From positions 1-64,000 of IMG/VR virus record IMGVR_UViG_3300043811_000074: 64,000 nt of DNA. One strand, written 5' to 3'. The position numbers were made by a program, and so were the translations under genes. The stretch's first letter is position 1. The number at the start of each line of letters is the position of its first letter. This document shows positions 8,449-18,348 of this stretch, piece by piece. The notes under the pieces are model-generated. The model was not told where the DNA came from and searched no databases. It saw only the letters and a program-made list of their open reading frames with translations. The DNA is from a virus.

Positions 8449-9630
8449 ATGGCCGCTTTTCGTCGCGATGAAATCCGCAAGTTGTACCAGCTGACGGCAA
8501 ATCCGCTCGAGCGCATCACCGAAATGCTGGACGAGAAGATTTTGCGCCCCGACGATTTCAGCATCCGTGATACCTTCCTGGCCACAGTCGAGGACGGCGA
8601 AGAGGTTCTCCGCGCGATCGACCCACGCCGTAAGTCAGGTGGACAGCGGCTCACGGAAGCGTCGCTGAATGCGGTGCGCACCAGCGACTTCGCTGGTATT
8701 ACCGGCCAGCTAATTTTCAACAAGGTCAAGGAAGGGTACGAATACCCCGGCCTGCTCTGGCCGCAACTGGTTGATGAATGGAACACGACGTTTCTGGAAG
8801 GTGAAGTCGTGCCAGGTGTCGGCGAGATCGGGGCGGCAAACATTCAGGTCGTGAGCGAGGCAGAAGAGTTTCCCTATCTCGGTCTGAATGAGGAAAAAAT
8901 CACGTTTGGTCCGCTGGAGAAACGCGGCTTCATCGTCGCCATCACGCGCGAAATTTTGATTGCCGATAACACCGGCCTCATCATGCAACGGTCGAACAAC
9001 GGCGGCAAGTTTTTGTCCATCAACAAAGAACAGCGCGTCCTGAACGTGGTCACTGGTCAGGTCAATACCTACGTCCGCAACGGCGTGGCATCGAACACCT
9101 ACCAGACGAGCGGCAGCTACGTCAACAGCATCGCCAATCCACTGATCGACTGGCGGGCGCTCGAGACTGGTGAACTTCTGTTTGATGCCATCACCGATCC
9201 GAACACGGGCCTGCCGATCCTTCAGCAGATTGCCAAACTCAAGATTCTTGTGCCGTCAGCGCTCAAGCGCACGGCGGAGCGCATCATCCGTGGCACGCAA
9301 CTGCGGGTTGGCGATGGTGCTTCCTTCTCCAGCGCGACCTATACGCCGGTCACAGGCGGCGTGCCCGGTCAAGGCGCGGCCGGGATTAGCGACTATGGAC
9401 CGGTTCTGTCCAACGCCTTTGTCAAGCTGGCCACAAGTTCCGCAAGCCAATGGTTCACTGGCGATTTCCCGGGCGCATTTGTTTATCGCACGGCCTGGGA
9501 CATTGAGGACGTGACAAGCGGCGAACAATCGGAGGCCGCGTTCAATCGCGACGTGGTGTACCGCGTCAAGGTCAGCGAAATGGGCGCGCCGGGTACGCTG
9601 GAGCCAAGAAAAGCGCAACAGAACACCTAA
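8449..9630 (+). CDS. Major capsid protein (HK97 fold likely)
   Basis: 393 aa; GAGG RBS; EKRGFIVAITREILIAD, ILVPSAL and WFTGDF motifs; position. Confidence 0.85.
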   Translation: MAAFRRDEIRKLYQLTANPLERITEMLDEKILRPDDFSIRDTFLATVEDGEEVLRAIDPRRKSGGQRLTEASLNAVRTSDFAGITGQLIFNKVKEGYEYPGLLWPQLVDEWNTTFLEGEVVPGVGEIGAANIQVVSEAEEFPYLGLNEEKITFGPLEKRGFIVAITREILIADNTGLIMQRSNNGGKFLSINKEQRVLNVVTGQVNTYVRNGVASNTYQTSGSYVNSIANPLIDWRALETGELLFDAITDPNTGLPILQQIAKLKILVPSALKRTAERIIRGTQLRVGDGASFSSATYTPVTGGVPGQGAAGISDYGPVLSNAFVKLATSSASQWFTGDFPGAFVYRTAWDIEDVTSGEQSEAAFNRDVVYRVKVSEMGAPGTLEPRKAQQNT

Positions 9631-9686
9631 TAAATGAAGCGCGATTTGCAAAGGCGCAGCTGCACCTTTGCTCGGGAGAGTGAGTC

Positions 9687-10136
9687 ATGGCCAAGAGCAA
9701 AGAAGAAATGGATACGCCAGCCGCCGAGAAGAACCAGAACATCGACCCCAGCATGTTTGCCATGTTCCAGCAATGGATGCAGGCGACGGTGACAGGGCCG
9801 GTGCAAGATCAACTTCAAGCGGCGAAGCGCGAACGTGAATCCATCGAGTTCCACGAAAAGCTGCGCGCTGAGATTTCCAAGCCGCTCAAGCAATCCAACC
9901 AAGAGAAGTTGGAAAAGCAGTTCGGCAATTGTCCGCTGCGCTTCAAAGTGTGGATGTCGGAAGTGGACAAGAAAACCGGCAAAGCGACTGAACCGCCAAC
10001 GGGCGAAATCGACAAATTTACTGGGATGCCGGCCCTGGAAATTCCGGCGCACAGCGAGGCAGAAGCGCGCGGCATCTACAACCAGTTTTGCGGCATTCGG
10101 TGGGCACAGACGCCAGCCCACGTCAAGCAACTGTAA
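9687..10136 (+). CDS. Hypothetical head-region protein
   Basis: GGAG RBS; follows the capsid gene. Confidence 0.65.
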   Translation: MAKSKEEMDTPAAEKNQNIDPSMFAMFQQWMQATVTGPVQDQLQAAKRERESIEFHEKLRAEISKPLKQSNQEKLEKQFGNCPLRFKVWMSEVDKKTGKATEPPTGEIDKFTGMPALEIPAHSEAEARGIYNQFCGIRWAQTPAHVKQL

Positions 10137-10152
10137 CCGTTGAGGTTTTCCA

Positions 10153-11064
10153 ATGGCTTATGATTTTCTCGTTGCCAGTGGTCAACTGCCCGCCAGTGCT
10201 GGCCTGTTGCTCAACGGCAGTGCCATGCAGGTTCCTGGCACAGGTCTGCGTGGCGTTTTCGCCAATGTCGGTGCCAGTACGGAGACGGTGATTATCACCC
10301 TGACTCCGGTTGCGCCGCAGACTGTGACGGCCCGGCGCATTGCCAAGGCGATTCTTGCGCCGGGCGACATTCTCTACCTCAGTGGCATCAACCTGCCTTC
10401 GGGTTGTTTGCTGAACGGGCAGACGACCGATGCCACGAGTGTTGATTACACCATTTACGGCACGGTCGGCTCGGACAGCGGCCCTGTTGAGGCATTCGTA
10501 CAAACTTCGAACGGCTCGCGCAAGAGCGTTAGCAGTGGCGGCCTGGTCACGACGCAGACTCAGGGGGCAAATGGCCTTTTCGCCACACCATTGCCCATGT
10601 TGGCCTGGAAGAACACGGACGGCACAACGCTTGCCGCCGCTGCCTCTGCCGGCAAGTTCGGCATGACGGTGACGCTGGCGACGGCAGCTTTTCTGCTCGG
10701 TGAAGTGGCGAACACGAACACCAAGACCGATGATGCCCTTCAGGAGTTTGATCTGCCGCCGTGGTATGTGGCGGGCAGTAACCTGACCGTCAATGTCAAC
10801 GCGAGCATCAATGGGGCTGGCACGCCGGGAACCAAGACGGCACAAATTAAGTGCTATCGCACAGCCAGCGACGGCACGCAAGGCGCGGACATCGGGCCGG
10901 GCACAACGGGAGCCATTACTGTCGCTGGCGCGGACATTCCGTTTACCATTACCGGCACGACGCTGAATCCTGGTGATCGGGTGATGTTTGAATTGGAAGT
11001 CGTGCTGCAAGAGACGGGCGGCACGAACATCAATGCGAAGGTCAACAGCGCCAGGGTGAGTTAA
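10153..11064 (+). CDS. Virion structural protein
   Basis: Thr/Gly/Ala-rich beta protein; GAGG RBS. Confidence 0.6.
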   Translation: MAYDFLVASGQLPASAGLLLNGSAMQVPGTGLRGVFANVGASTETVIITLTPVAPQTVTARRIAKAILAPGDILYLSGINLPSGCLLNGQTTDATSVDYTIYGTVGSDSGPVEAFVQTSNGSRKSVSSGGLVTTQTQGANGLFATPLPMLAWKNTDGTTLAAAASAGKFGMTVTLATAAFLLGEVANTNTKTDDALQEFDLPPWYVAGSNLTVNVNASINGAGTPGTKTAQIKCYRTASDGTQGADIGPGTTGAITVAGADIPFTITGTTLNPGDRVMFELEVVLQETGGTNINAKVNSARVS

Positions 11065-11381
11065 TGCGTGTGAAGAAAATTTCCGCCGTGTCCACGATCC
11101 ACGCGAATCAGATTGTGGCCGGTGTCGCAGGGCAAAGGATTTTCGTCTATGCCTATCACCTGTCCTTTTCGGGCACGGTCAACGCCAAATGGCAGGACGG
11201 CAGCACGGACCTGACTGGTTTGGATTATGGGGTTGCGGGCGTGATTTCCGACAGCCCGACCACGAAAGGACAAATGGGTAGTGCGCCGCTTTTTAGTTGT
11301 GCGGCAGGAGACGACCTGAATTTGAATCTGAGCGTTGGTTCGGTCCCGGTCAGTGGCTATGTGGTCTATGACCAAAGGTAA
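11064..11381 (+). CDS. Small structural protein, paralog 1
   Basis: Shares IVA.VAGQRI.V..YHLSF.G.VN.KWQDG.STDLTGLDYG with the next gene. Confidence 0.7.
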   Translation: MRVKKISAVSTIHANQIVAGVAGQRIFVYAYHLSFSGTVNAKWQDGSTDLTGLDYGVAGVISDSPTTKGQMGSAPLFSCAAGDDLNLNLSVGSVPVSGYVVYDQR

Positions 11382-11383
11382 AC

Positions 11384-11695
11384 ATGCCAGCAACAGCCAT
11401 AGTCCAGGTATCGGCAACTGGCGCAATCGTGGCTGCAGTGGCGGGGCAACGCATAACGGTTTGGTCCTATCACCTGAGTTTCGCCGGCTCGGTGAATGTC
11501 AAGTGGCAGGACGGGGCCAGCACCGACTTGACGGGTTTGGATTACGGCGCGGCGAACATAATCTCGAACAGTCCACCCGTGACGGATCAACAGGGCAAAA
11601 GTTTTCTGTTTCGGACTTCATTGGGCAATGCGTTGTACCTGAACCTGTCCGGCGCGGTGGCGGTTGGCGGGTATGTGATTTACGAACAGGGGTAA
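11384..11695 (+). CDS. Small structural protein, paralog 2
   Basis: Tandem paralog of 11064-11381. Confidence 0.7.
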   Translation: MPATAIVQVSATGAIVAAVAGQRITVWSYHLSFAGSVNVKWQDGASTDLTGLDYGAANIISNSPPVTDQQGKSFLFRTSLGNALYLNLSGAVAVGGYVIYEQG

Positions 11696-11716
11696 AGCGC
11701 AACGGAAGAGAACCTG

Positions 11717-11944
11717 ATGACTGACATTAAGATACCAGCATGGGCCAAACTGCGACGTTGCGGCGGTGGCTATAAGGTGATGCTGCAAGATGGCGCTATA
11801 CTCCACGGTTTGTACAAGCGAAAATGCGTGCCGGTTGTGGGTTTCTATGTTTGCGCCAGCGACCGCGCTGCCCAACGAATCATGCGTGGTTTGCAATGGA
11901 TGCGTGAGACGATTTATAAGCATACTGGCATAACGCCGGTGTAA
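11717..11944 (+). CDS. Hypothetical protein
   Basis: Fits the operon spacing. Confidence 0.5.
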   Translation: MTDIKIPAWAKLRRCGGGYKVMLQDGAILHGLYKRKCVPVVGFYVCASDRAAQRIMRGLQWMRETIYKHTGITPV

Positions 11945-11946
11945 AC

Positions 11947-12627
11947 ATGGCGACGCGCATGGGCCTCTTCGATTTCTTCAGGCCCAAACCTGTTTTGCAG
12001 AGACCGATTCAAGCGCCCGGTTTGTTTGACGTGATGAGGCCGCGAGTGGAACCGAATACGCTTGACCACTTTTTGAAGGGCTACACGATCTTTCCCGATG
12101 CCGGCAGCATTATGTCGGCGCGGTATGTGAGCGAGCGGCAGCAGCTTGAAATCATGGACCATGCGGCTGGCCTGCACACTTACGACGATGTTGACGCGGT
12201 GATGGCGGAACAGTTTTATTCGACCGATAACAAGGATCAATGGCTTGCCGACACCTACCAAAAAACCGCGCATCGGCCAGTGGATTTGGGCAGACCGATT
12301 GAGCCGCAGGACATTCGGGTGACGGCAGACCCAGCGCACATGAAGGCATTCGTCGATGGCCATTTGACGCTGCACTTTACGAGCAGTTTCGGCCCGGTCG
12401 TGGCGAAGTATGACCCGAAGAAAGAAGCCCTGGGGTGTGTGTTCAAAAGCGGCTTTGTCGGGACATACCTGAATGTGCCGAAGAGCGAAGCGGAATCGCT
12501 GGCGGCATCGACAAGCAAAGGCAAGTGGTTCCATGCTCACGTTAAGTTAGGGTACAATCCTGACCGGACATGGATTCATCGTTATCCTCTGGTTCGGAAC
12601 ACCTGGGTCGATCAGTACGCGGGGTAA
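11947..12627 (+). CDS. KTSC-domain protein (two copies)
   Basis: SS..VAKYDPKKEAL...FKSG...TYLNVP......LAASTSKGKWF; a degenerate first copy upstream. Confidence 0.7.
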   Translation: MATRMGLFDFFRPKPVLQRPIQAPGLFDVMRPRVEPNTLDHFLKGYTIFPDAGSIMSARYVSERQQLEIMDHAAGLHTYDDVDAVMAEQFYSTDNKDQWLADTYQKTAHRPVDLGRPIEPQDIRVTADPAHMKAFVDGHLTLHFTSSFGPVVAKYDPKKEALGCVFKSGFVGTYLNVPKSEAESLAASTSKGKWFHAHVKLGYNPDRTWIHRYPLVRNTWVDQYAG

Positions 12628-12630
12628 GCC

Positions 12631-12894
12631 GTGAGCGTCGCCACTCAACTGACGAACATTAATGCGGCGCTGGACGCTATGACGGCGGAAGTCGCGGCAA
12701 TGGCGACGAACCCGAAGCCCTATTATGTCATCCCGCCCAATATGGCTGGCGCGGGCAGTACGATTTCTGCCGTGGAGTATCGCAAGTTCCTGAGCGAGCA
12801 GATTGATGCGCTGATCGAACAGCGGCAGAAAGTGGAAGAGCCTTGGCAGGTGAATCGCTCTTTGGGCAATCGTGGCTGGCGCGGAGGCTGGTAA
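12631..12894 (+). CDS. Head completion protein (gpW-like)
   Basis: Size, helical pattern and position. Confidence 0.5.
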   Translation: MSVATQLTNINAALDAMTAEVAAMATNPKPYYVIPPNMAGAGSTISAVEYRKFLSEQIDALIEQRQKVEEPWQVNRSLGNRGWRGGW

Positions 12895-13284
12895 ATGGCG
12901 CTGCTCTGCCCGGTCAATGAGTTCTTGAAGCGCAAGGATTGGTCCATCGTGGCGCAACTGGTTTCCGATGCGGGCGCGACGCCGCCGACACAGGTGCAAC
13001 TGCTGACTGATGCGAACACGATAGCGGCGCTGGATTCGGCATCAGGTGACTTTCAGGCCGGCGCAACAGCAATGGGCCGCTACACCGATGCGAGCCTGGC
13101 GGCAATTGCGAGCGGGGCGGACAGTCCGGGGCAAGCGCTGATGTTCGACTGTGTCAGTGACCTGGCCATGATGAAACTGTACCGGCGCAAGCCGCAGTTG
13201 ATTCCCGATCAGATACACGATGCGTGGCTCAAGGCGCTCTGGCAAGCGGAACAACTGAAGCTCGGCGATCAGACGTTAAACTAG
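12895..13284 (+). CDS. Head-tail adaptor (Mu gp36/DUF1320-like)
   Basis: AALDSASG...GRY, CVSDLAMMKLYRRK...ALWQAEQLKLG. Confidence 0.65.
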   Translation: MALLCPVNEFLKRKDWSIVAQLVSDAGATPPTQVQLLTDANTIAALDSASGDFQAGATAMGRYTDASLAAIASGADSPGQALMFDCVSDLAMMKLYRRKPQLIPDQIHDAWLKALWQAEQLKLGDQTLN

Positions 13285-13292
13285 GGTGAGTC

Positions 13293-13799
13293 GTGAGCAA
13301 TGCCAACACGCCGCATGAAGTGCTGAAGGCGGGCGTCACGACAATTATAGCGGGCATGACGCTTGTTTCCGACGACGGCTCGCTGGCAATCGGCCAGAAC
13401 GTCTATAACCAGATGCTCACGGACGAAACGGTCTCCAAATGGCCGAATGTGCTGGTGACAACAGAGGGTTTGCGAGAAGAACCGTTCGGCAGCGATACGA
13501 ACAACATTTGGACCTGGTTTCCGGTCGCGGTCGGGATCATGGATCGGGACGCTAAACGGACGCCGGCGCGCGAAGGTGATTATTTCGCGTGGCGGCTGGC
13601 GATTAAGCAGCGGTTTTTTCAGAAGGCGAACCTGATTGATTTGTCCGTGTGCAGCGTGCCGCCGATTCCTGTTATCTATGTTTGCAACTGGTGCGAAGTG
13701 CGGCACGGGTCGATTTTGGAGCAGGAACCGAAAGCGAAAGAGTTTCTGAAATCGAGCTTGACGCTGCGTTTTTTCGTCATTGAAACACGCATGCCCTAA
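13293..13799 (+). CDS. Tail terminator/completion protein
   Basis: Position and size; WPNVLVT..GLRE motif. Confidence 0.5.
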   Translation: MSNANTPHEVLKAGVTTIIAGMTLVSDDGSLAIGQNVYNQMLTDETVSKWPNVLVTTEGLREEPFGSDTNNIWTWFPVAVGIMDRDAKRTPAREGDYFAWRLAIKQRFFQKANLIDLSVCSVPPIPVIYVCNWCEVRHGSILEQEPKAKEFLKSSLTLRFFVIETRMP

Positions 13800-13831
13800 C
13801 GAGGGCGGAGGGTATTCCGATTGCTGACCTC

Positions 13832-14236
13832 GTGATCACTTCAACTTTGGTCGTTGCAACCAATGTCCCGCAACCCAAGACGGGCATTGCGGGCGGCACG
13901 ATTACAGCGGGTGAACTCCTGATCGGCCCGACCACGGCGCTTGCTGCCGCCAAGAGCGATACGCTCGCGGATATTGGCGTTGTCGGCGTGGCACTGACGG
14001 GTGGGGCCGTGGGGCAGCTGATTAACTATGCGGGCAATCAGGGCGATGTCGTGACCATCGGCGCGACGGTCGCGCATGGGGAGACCTACTGCGCCTCTGC
14101 CAACGCGGGGAAGATTGCGCCCATTACGGACAAGACGACGGGCGAGTACATTTTCGTCCTGGGCTTCACGACGCCGGGCAGTACAACCACGATCACACTG
14201 ACCATGCAGAGTTACGGCAACCAAACGCACTATTGA
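13832..14236 (+). CDS. Small Gly/Thr-rich structural protein (cement/fibre-like)
   Basis: AGGTITAGE, VVGVAL, YCASANAGKIAP. Confidence 0.55.
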   Translation: MITSTLVVATNVPQPKTGIAGGTITAGELLIGPTTALAAAKSDTLADIGVVGVALTGGAVGQLINYAGNQGDVVTIGATVAHGETYCASANAGKIAPITDKTTGEYIFVLGFTTPGSTTTITLTMQSYGNQTHY

Positions 14237-14250
14237 TCGGGAGCGCATAA

Positions 14251-14832
14251 ATGGCTGGCAACAATGTGTTGGTTGGTCCTCTGGGAAAGGTCGTGCTTTG
14301 CACCACGACCAATGCTGCCGCCGTTTTGACGGCGGCGACTCAGGGACTTATTCAAGGTGCCGGCGGCCTCGTTCTCGGCGTGCGCGAAGGAACCGGCGTT
14401 TTCGATGAGGATATGCCCGAAAGCACGGATACGAACGATACTCCCGACAAAGCCTACGCGATGGGCAATCATGCGATGCGCTGGACGATTCGGACTTACC
14501 GGCAGACGACGGGTGCGCTTGCCAATGGTCCGCCGCATGGGTCGCTCGTCGGTGGCAATCCCAATACGGGCGGTATGGGATTCGTCCCGACGGGCCTTGG
14601 GCCTGGTGGTGGTGGTATCGTCGTGGCTTGCTTCATTTTCCCCTATGGGTTTACCGGCGGCGCTGCTGGTACAACTCTTGGGCCGCCGATTGTGGCAACG
14701 AATGCCTATGTGTTTCCCGTCTTCAAGATCAACCAATTCCGCCCCACGCTGCGCGTCGAAGGTTCTGCCAATCAGGAGTTTGATTTCGACGGCACAAGCA
14801 GCGGCGCGAAGGGCATCCCGACGCTGGTGTAA
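14251..14832 (+). CDS. Putative tail tube protein
   Basis: GGAG RBS; lies before the chaperone and tape measure. Confidence 0.55.
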   Translation: MAGNNVLVGPLGKVVLCTTTNAAAVLTAATQGLIQGAGGLVLGVREGTGVFDEDMPESTDTNDTPDKAYAMGNHAMRWTIRTYRQTTGALANGPPHGSLVGGNPNTGGMGFVPTGLGPGGGGIVVACFIFPYGFTGGAAGTTLGPPIVATNAYVFPVFKINQFRPTLRVEGSANQEFDFDGTSSGAKGIPTLV

Positions 14833-14841
14833 GGAATAAGA

Positions 14842-15390
14842 ATGGACGGCGTTCTTGAAACAATGGGCATTGCCACGTTTGATTGGAACGAGCAGACCTG
14901 GACATTGCCCAGGCCAAATGGCAGCGCGGAAGGGATGATCCGCACCTACCTGCAACACCGCGAACGGTATTGGGTGCAGGTGCAGTTTGAATATGATCAC
15001 CCCGACTTCCCCAAGGGGAAAATGGGCATCGCTGAATACTCATTCCACATGGAAGGCTGGCGGGCCTCGAACGTCAAAGGCAAATGGGCCTTTCGCAAGC
15101 CCGATTGGGCGCAGGCGATGGAGAACGACACAGATTGCTTCGCCGAGATGGTTTATCTGTGTCTGACGCAGGTAACGAAACAGGCGGAAGTGAGCCGGGC
15201 CGAAGTGCGGAAGATGGTCAAGGACAAGCAAGAGGATTGCGACCGGAAACGGGAAGAGGCATTCAAGGCAGGCATGGAACCGGAGAAGATTTACGCGACG
15301 ATCAACAGTGAGATCATGGAAGCCTTTCGAGGGTTGCTTGCGCCAACCCCTTCGATAGCCCCCACGGTTACGGTGGGGGCGAAACGCTGA
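14842..15390 (+). CDS. Tail assembly chaperone (gpG-like)
   Basis: Between tube and tape measure; overlapping -1 frame stays open to 15683. Confidence 0.6.
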   Translation: MDGVLETMGIATFDWNEQTWTLPRPNGSAEGMIRTYLQHRERYWVQVQFEYDHPDFPKGKMGIAEYSFHMEGWRASNVKGKWAFRKPDWAQAMENDTDCFAEMVYLCLTQVTKQAEVSRAEVRKMVKDKQEDCDRKREEAFKAGMEPEKIYATINSEIMEAFRGLLAPTPSIAPTVTVGAKR

Positions 15391-15683
15391 ACTACCCGGA
15401 AATCTGTGCCGTTCTTTTTGAGCGGGCCGGTTGGAGCAAAGAGAAGTGCTTGGAACATGACCGCTGGTATTTGGCGAACATCTGTTGCCGGGCGCGAGAC
15501 AGCAAGGGCAATCTGATGGTCATGCCCAAACCACACGCACCCTACCTGAATCCGAAAGAAGAATGGTTCGATGCCCGGCGCAAGTTGGGCATCCCGGAGT
15601 GGCAGATACAAGAGACCTGGGACGAATACGAAAGAGCCGCACAGCGAACGCAGATGAATGGCAGACACACCCGCACGTCCTGA
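15345..15683 (+). CDS. gpT-like extension reached by a putative -1 frameshift
   Basis: -1 frame open from before 15345; hairpin GCCCCCAC/GTGGGGGC at 15358-15380. Confidence 0.55.
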   Translation, partial: NPFDSPHGYGGGETLNYPEICAVLFERAGWSKEKCLEHDRWYLANICCRARDSKGNLMVMPKPHAPYLNPKEEWFDARRKLGIPEWQIQETWDEYERAAQRTQMNGRHTRTS

Positions 15684-18348
15684 CGATGAAGAAGCCGGCG
15701 CAAATGCTGCGCTGTTGACTCCAGAAGAACACGCGCTCGCCACTCAACTGAACCTTGATCTTGCTGCTGCTAGTAAAGCAGGCGACAAGGCAAAAGTCAG
15801 GGAAATAGAAGTACGTCTCAAACAAATCGATCCTTTTAATCAGGCCGTTTTTGGTTATGGTCAAACGGCCGGTACATTTCTTGATCCTAGGCAAACATTA
15901 AGCGAGACAGAAGTCGAAGCTACGAGAAAGCGTCTCACTTATGGGACAGCTGCCGAACGTGCAGCCGCACAAAGTTCGTTTAGTCAACCGCAACTCAGCG
16001 CGCTGGCGCAGCAACTCAAGGCATTGGAGCCTGAATTTACCGATGCTGATTTGCTGGCGATGGACGATAACGAAATTGCAGCAAATATCAAGATTCGGCA
16101 ACCTGTCCAGGAACAAACAAAGTCGGTCGGTTTGCACAGTTTCCTTTCGGCAGACAAGCCGCTGTCCATCAAGCAATTAAGCAAATTGTCAGGCTTGCCA
16201 GCCGATCAGGTTGGTATGGACTTAAAGCCGTTGCTTGAAGCGGGGCATATCGAAAGCAAGGTCATTCGCGGCAATGTGACCTACCGTTCTACTCAGCAGT
16301 TTTTCACCGGCGGCGAAATCCAAGGCGAAGGTGGTCCCACGGACGATGCCGAGACGATCAAGGCCAGTCCCGGCGAGTTCGTCGAGCAAGCCTCTGCCGT
16401 ATCCCGTGAAGGTCCGGCGAAGATGGAAGCCCTGAATGAGGGGCAGGCGCATATCGTCGGCAACGCGCCCGGCTTTTCCCACGGCGGCTTACTGGGCCGT
16501 GCGCGTCCGGGCGTGCTGCGCGGTGCAGGCATGGGGCCAGAACAGCAAGGACCGCCCGGCCCGCGCCCGCTCATGGGGGGGCCGCCGCGCCGTCCGCCAG
16601 CGCCACCGCCAGTTGCGACGATGCCGGAGCCAGAAGAACCGACACCGCCCAGCACGTCTACCGATCCGACCGTCGCAGCGCACGATCGCGCGGCAGCGGA
16701 ACGGTTGCAACGGTACGCGGCAGAACACAAGGCGCAACAGGCGGCAGCACGAGCGGCGCAACAGGCCGCCATACCAGCGCAACGACCGCCGCGCACCGTG
16801 GCACAAGATGCCATGTCGGCGCTCTACGGCGTTGTGCCGCTGCCGCTGGCGCCGACGCCGCCTATCCCGGCCAGTACGCTCGCGCAAGGCTTATACGGCA
16901 CGCAGCCACCGCAGCCAATGGCGCACGCTATTCCGCTTGGACCGCAGCAAGACCCGGCCCTCCTGAGCCGCACACAGAAGATTTACAGCGAGTTGACGGC
17001 GAAATCCGATCAGCAGCGGGCCTTGACCGCGCAGGCAGCCGGGACGCCGTATCAACCATTAAATCAGCAACAGCAGCAAGCCCTGTACGCGCAAGCGGCA
17101 GGCCGGGCGCTGCAAGAGTTTGAAGCAAAGACAAGGCTGGCCGGCGCGGGCCTGGATGCGTTCGGGCGGCGTGCCATCACCATCGCGGGCGGCCTGATCC
17201 GTGGCGGCGCGGCTGGAGTCATGGGCGCGGCAGGGTCGATCCCGGCCCTGTCTCAGACGGTCGGCGGCTCGGTCGGTCTGGTCCGCGGCGAGATTGGGAT
17301 TATTCTCGCGCCGACGTTGCTGAATCTGGCGAGCGGGTTACAAGGCTTGTCGCGCCGATTGCAGAGCATTTCGCCGGAAGGCAGGAGTGGCCTCAATACG
17401 CTGGCGGTCAGTGCGCTCGCAATGGGCGGGGGCATGCGCCTGGGCGGTATGCTTGGCATGGGCAGTGCCGCCGGGTTAGGTATCGGTCTGTTGTCAATGG
17501 GTCTGATGCGCTCGGGGCAGCAAGGCGGACAGGGATTGGGAGCGGTTGAGAAGACAGCGGAACAGCTGGCCGTCACGTTCGGGCATCTGATGAAGGCGCT
17601 GGATCCGGCAATTGTCGGGTTAGGGCGGCTGACGGAAGCAGCACTGCGCATGGGTGGCGGGGCGCTGCAATTCGTGGACAAGATTGGCAGCGTTGCCGGG
17701 CCATCGGGCGGCGGCATGTTGCTCACGGCCTTGACTGGCGCTGCAATCGGCAGTTGGATGACGCGCAGTAGCGTTGGCCGTGGCAGCAGTAGCGCGGCTC
17801 TTGCCGCTTTCGAGGGTGCAGGGTCAGGCAGCGGCAATCGGTTCGGTGGCTTCTTCGGCACACGCCGTGGTATGTTGGCTGGGGCAGGCTTGGCAGTCGG
17901 TGCAGAATTGGCCGGAAGTGCTGATGAGCGGCACGGTCCAACCTGGCAAGGCAATATCGGTTGGACAGCGATGGGAGCAAGTATCGGCTCAGCCATTGCG
18001 CCAGGGTTCGGCACAGCCATTGGTGCGGTTATCGGTCATGGCGCGCACTTATTATCTCATAGAATGGGTTGGATCGGTGGCGCGGCAGCGCCTTCGGAGG
18101 GCGGCTTGACCCGTCCCGAAGGCGTTACACAGCAGCAATGGAGTCAGTTCATGGCCGTCGGGACCGGCTTTCAAAGTCGCTCTGGCGGTCTGGAAGGTCT
18201 GCACGAGATGCTGCAACAAGAGGCTGTTCGCGACCCGATGCAGCAAGCGAACTTTGAGCAGCAAATGCGCGTCTTGCAACAGATTGAGCAGCACTTGCGA
18301 CCTGGGGCCAGTGTCCCCGGCGCTCCCACTGGACTCAGGTTTGATTAA
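15658..18348 (+). CDS. Tape measure protein with extra N-terminal domains
   Basis: Ala/Gly-rich with hydrophobic glycine-zipper stretches; GG.I.G.G..TDD...ASPGEFV motif; position. Confidence 0.75.
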   Translation: MADTPARPDDEEAGANAALLTPEEHALATQLNLDLAAASKAGDKAKVREIEVRLKQIDPFNQAVFGYGQTAGTFLDPRQTLSETEVEATRKRLTYGTAAERAAAQSSFSQPQLSALAQQLKALEPEFTDADLLAMDDNEIAANIKIRQPVQEQTKSVGLHSFLSADKPLSIKQLSKLSGLPADQVGMDLKPLLEAGHIESKVIRGNVTYRSTQQFFTGGEIQGEGGPTDDAETIKASPGEFVEQASAVSREGPAKMEALNEGQAHIVGNAPGFSHGGLLGRARPGVLRGAGMGPEQQGPPGPRPLMGGPPRRPPAPPPVATMPEPEEPTPPSTSTDPTVAAHDRAAAERLQRYAAEHKAQQAAARAAQQAAIPAQRPPRTVAQDAMSALYGVVPLPLAPTPPIPASTLAQGLYGTQPPQPMAHAIPLGPQQDPALLSRTQKIYSELTAKSDQQRALTAQAAGTPYQPLNQQQQQALYAQAAGRALQEFEAKTRLAGAGLDAFGRRAITIAGGLIRGGAAGVMGAAGSIPALSQTVGGSVGLVRGEIGIILAPTLLNLASGLQGLSRRLQSISPEGRSGLNTLAVSALAMGGGMRLGGMLGMGSAAGLGIGLLSMGLMRSGQQGGQGLGAVEKTAEQLAVTFGHLMKALDPAIVGLGRLTEAALRMGGGALQFVDKIGSVAGPSGGGMLLTALTGAAIGSWMTRSSVGRGSSSAALAAFEGAGSGSGNRFGGFFGTRRGMLAGAGLAVGAELAGSADERHGPTWQGNIGWTAMGASIGSAIAPGFGTAIGAVIGHGAHLLSHRMGWIGGAAAPSEGGLTRPEGVTQQQWSQFMAVGTGFQSRSGGLEGLHEMLQQEAVRDPMQQANFEQQMRVLQQIEQHLRPGASVPGAPTGLRFD

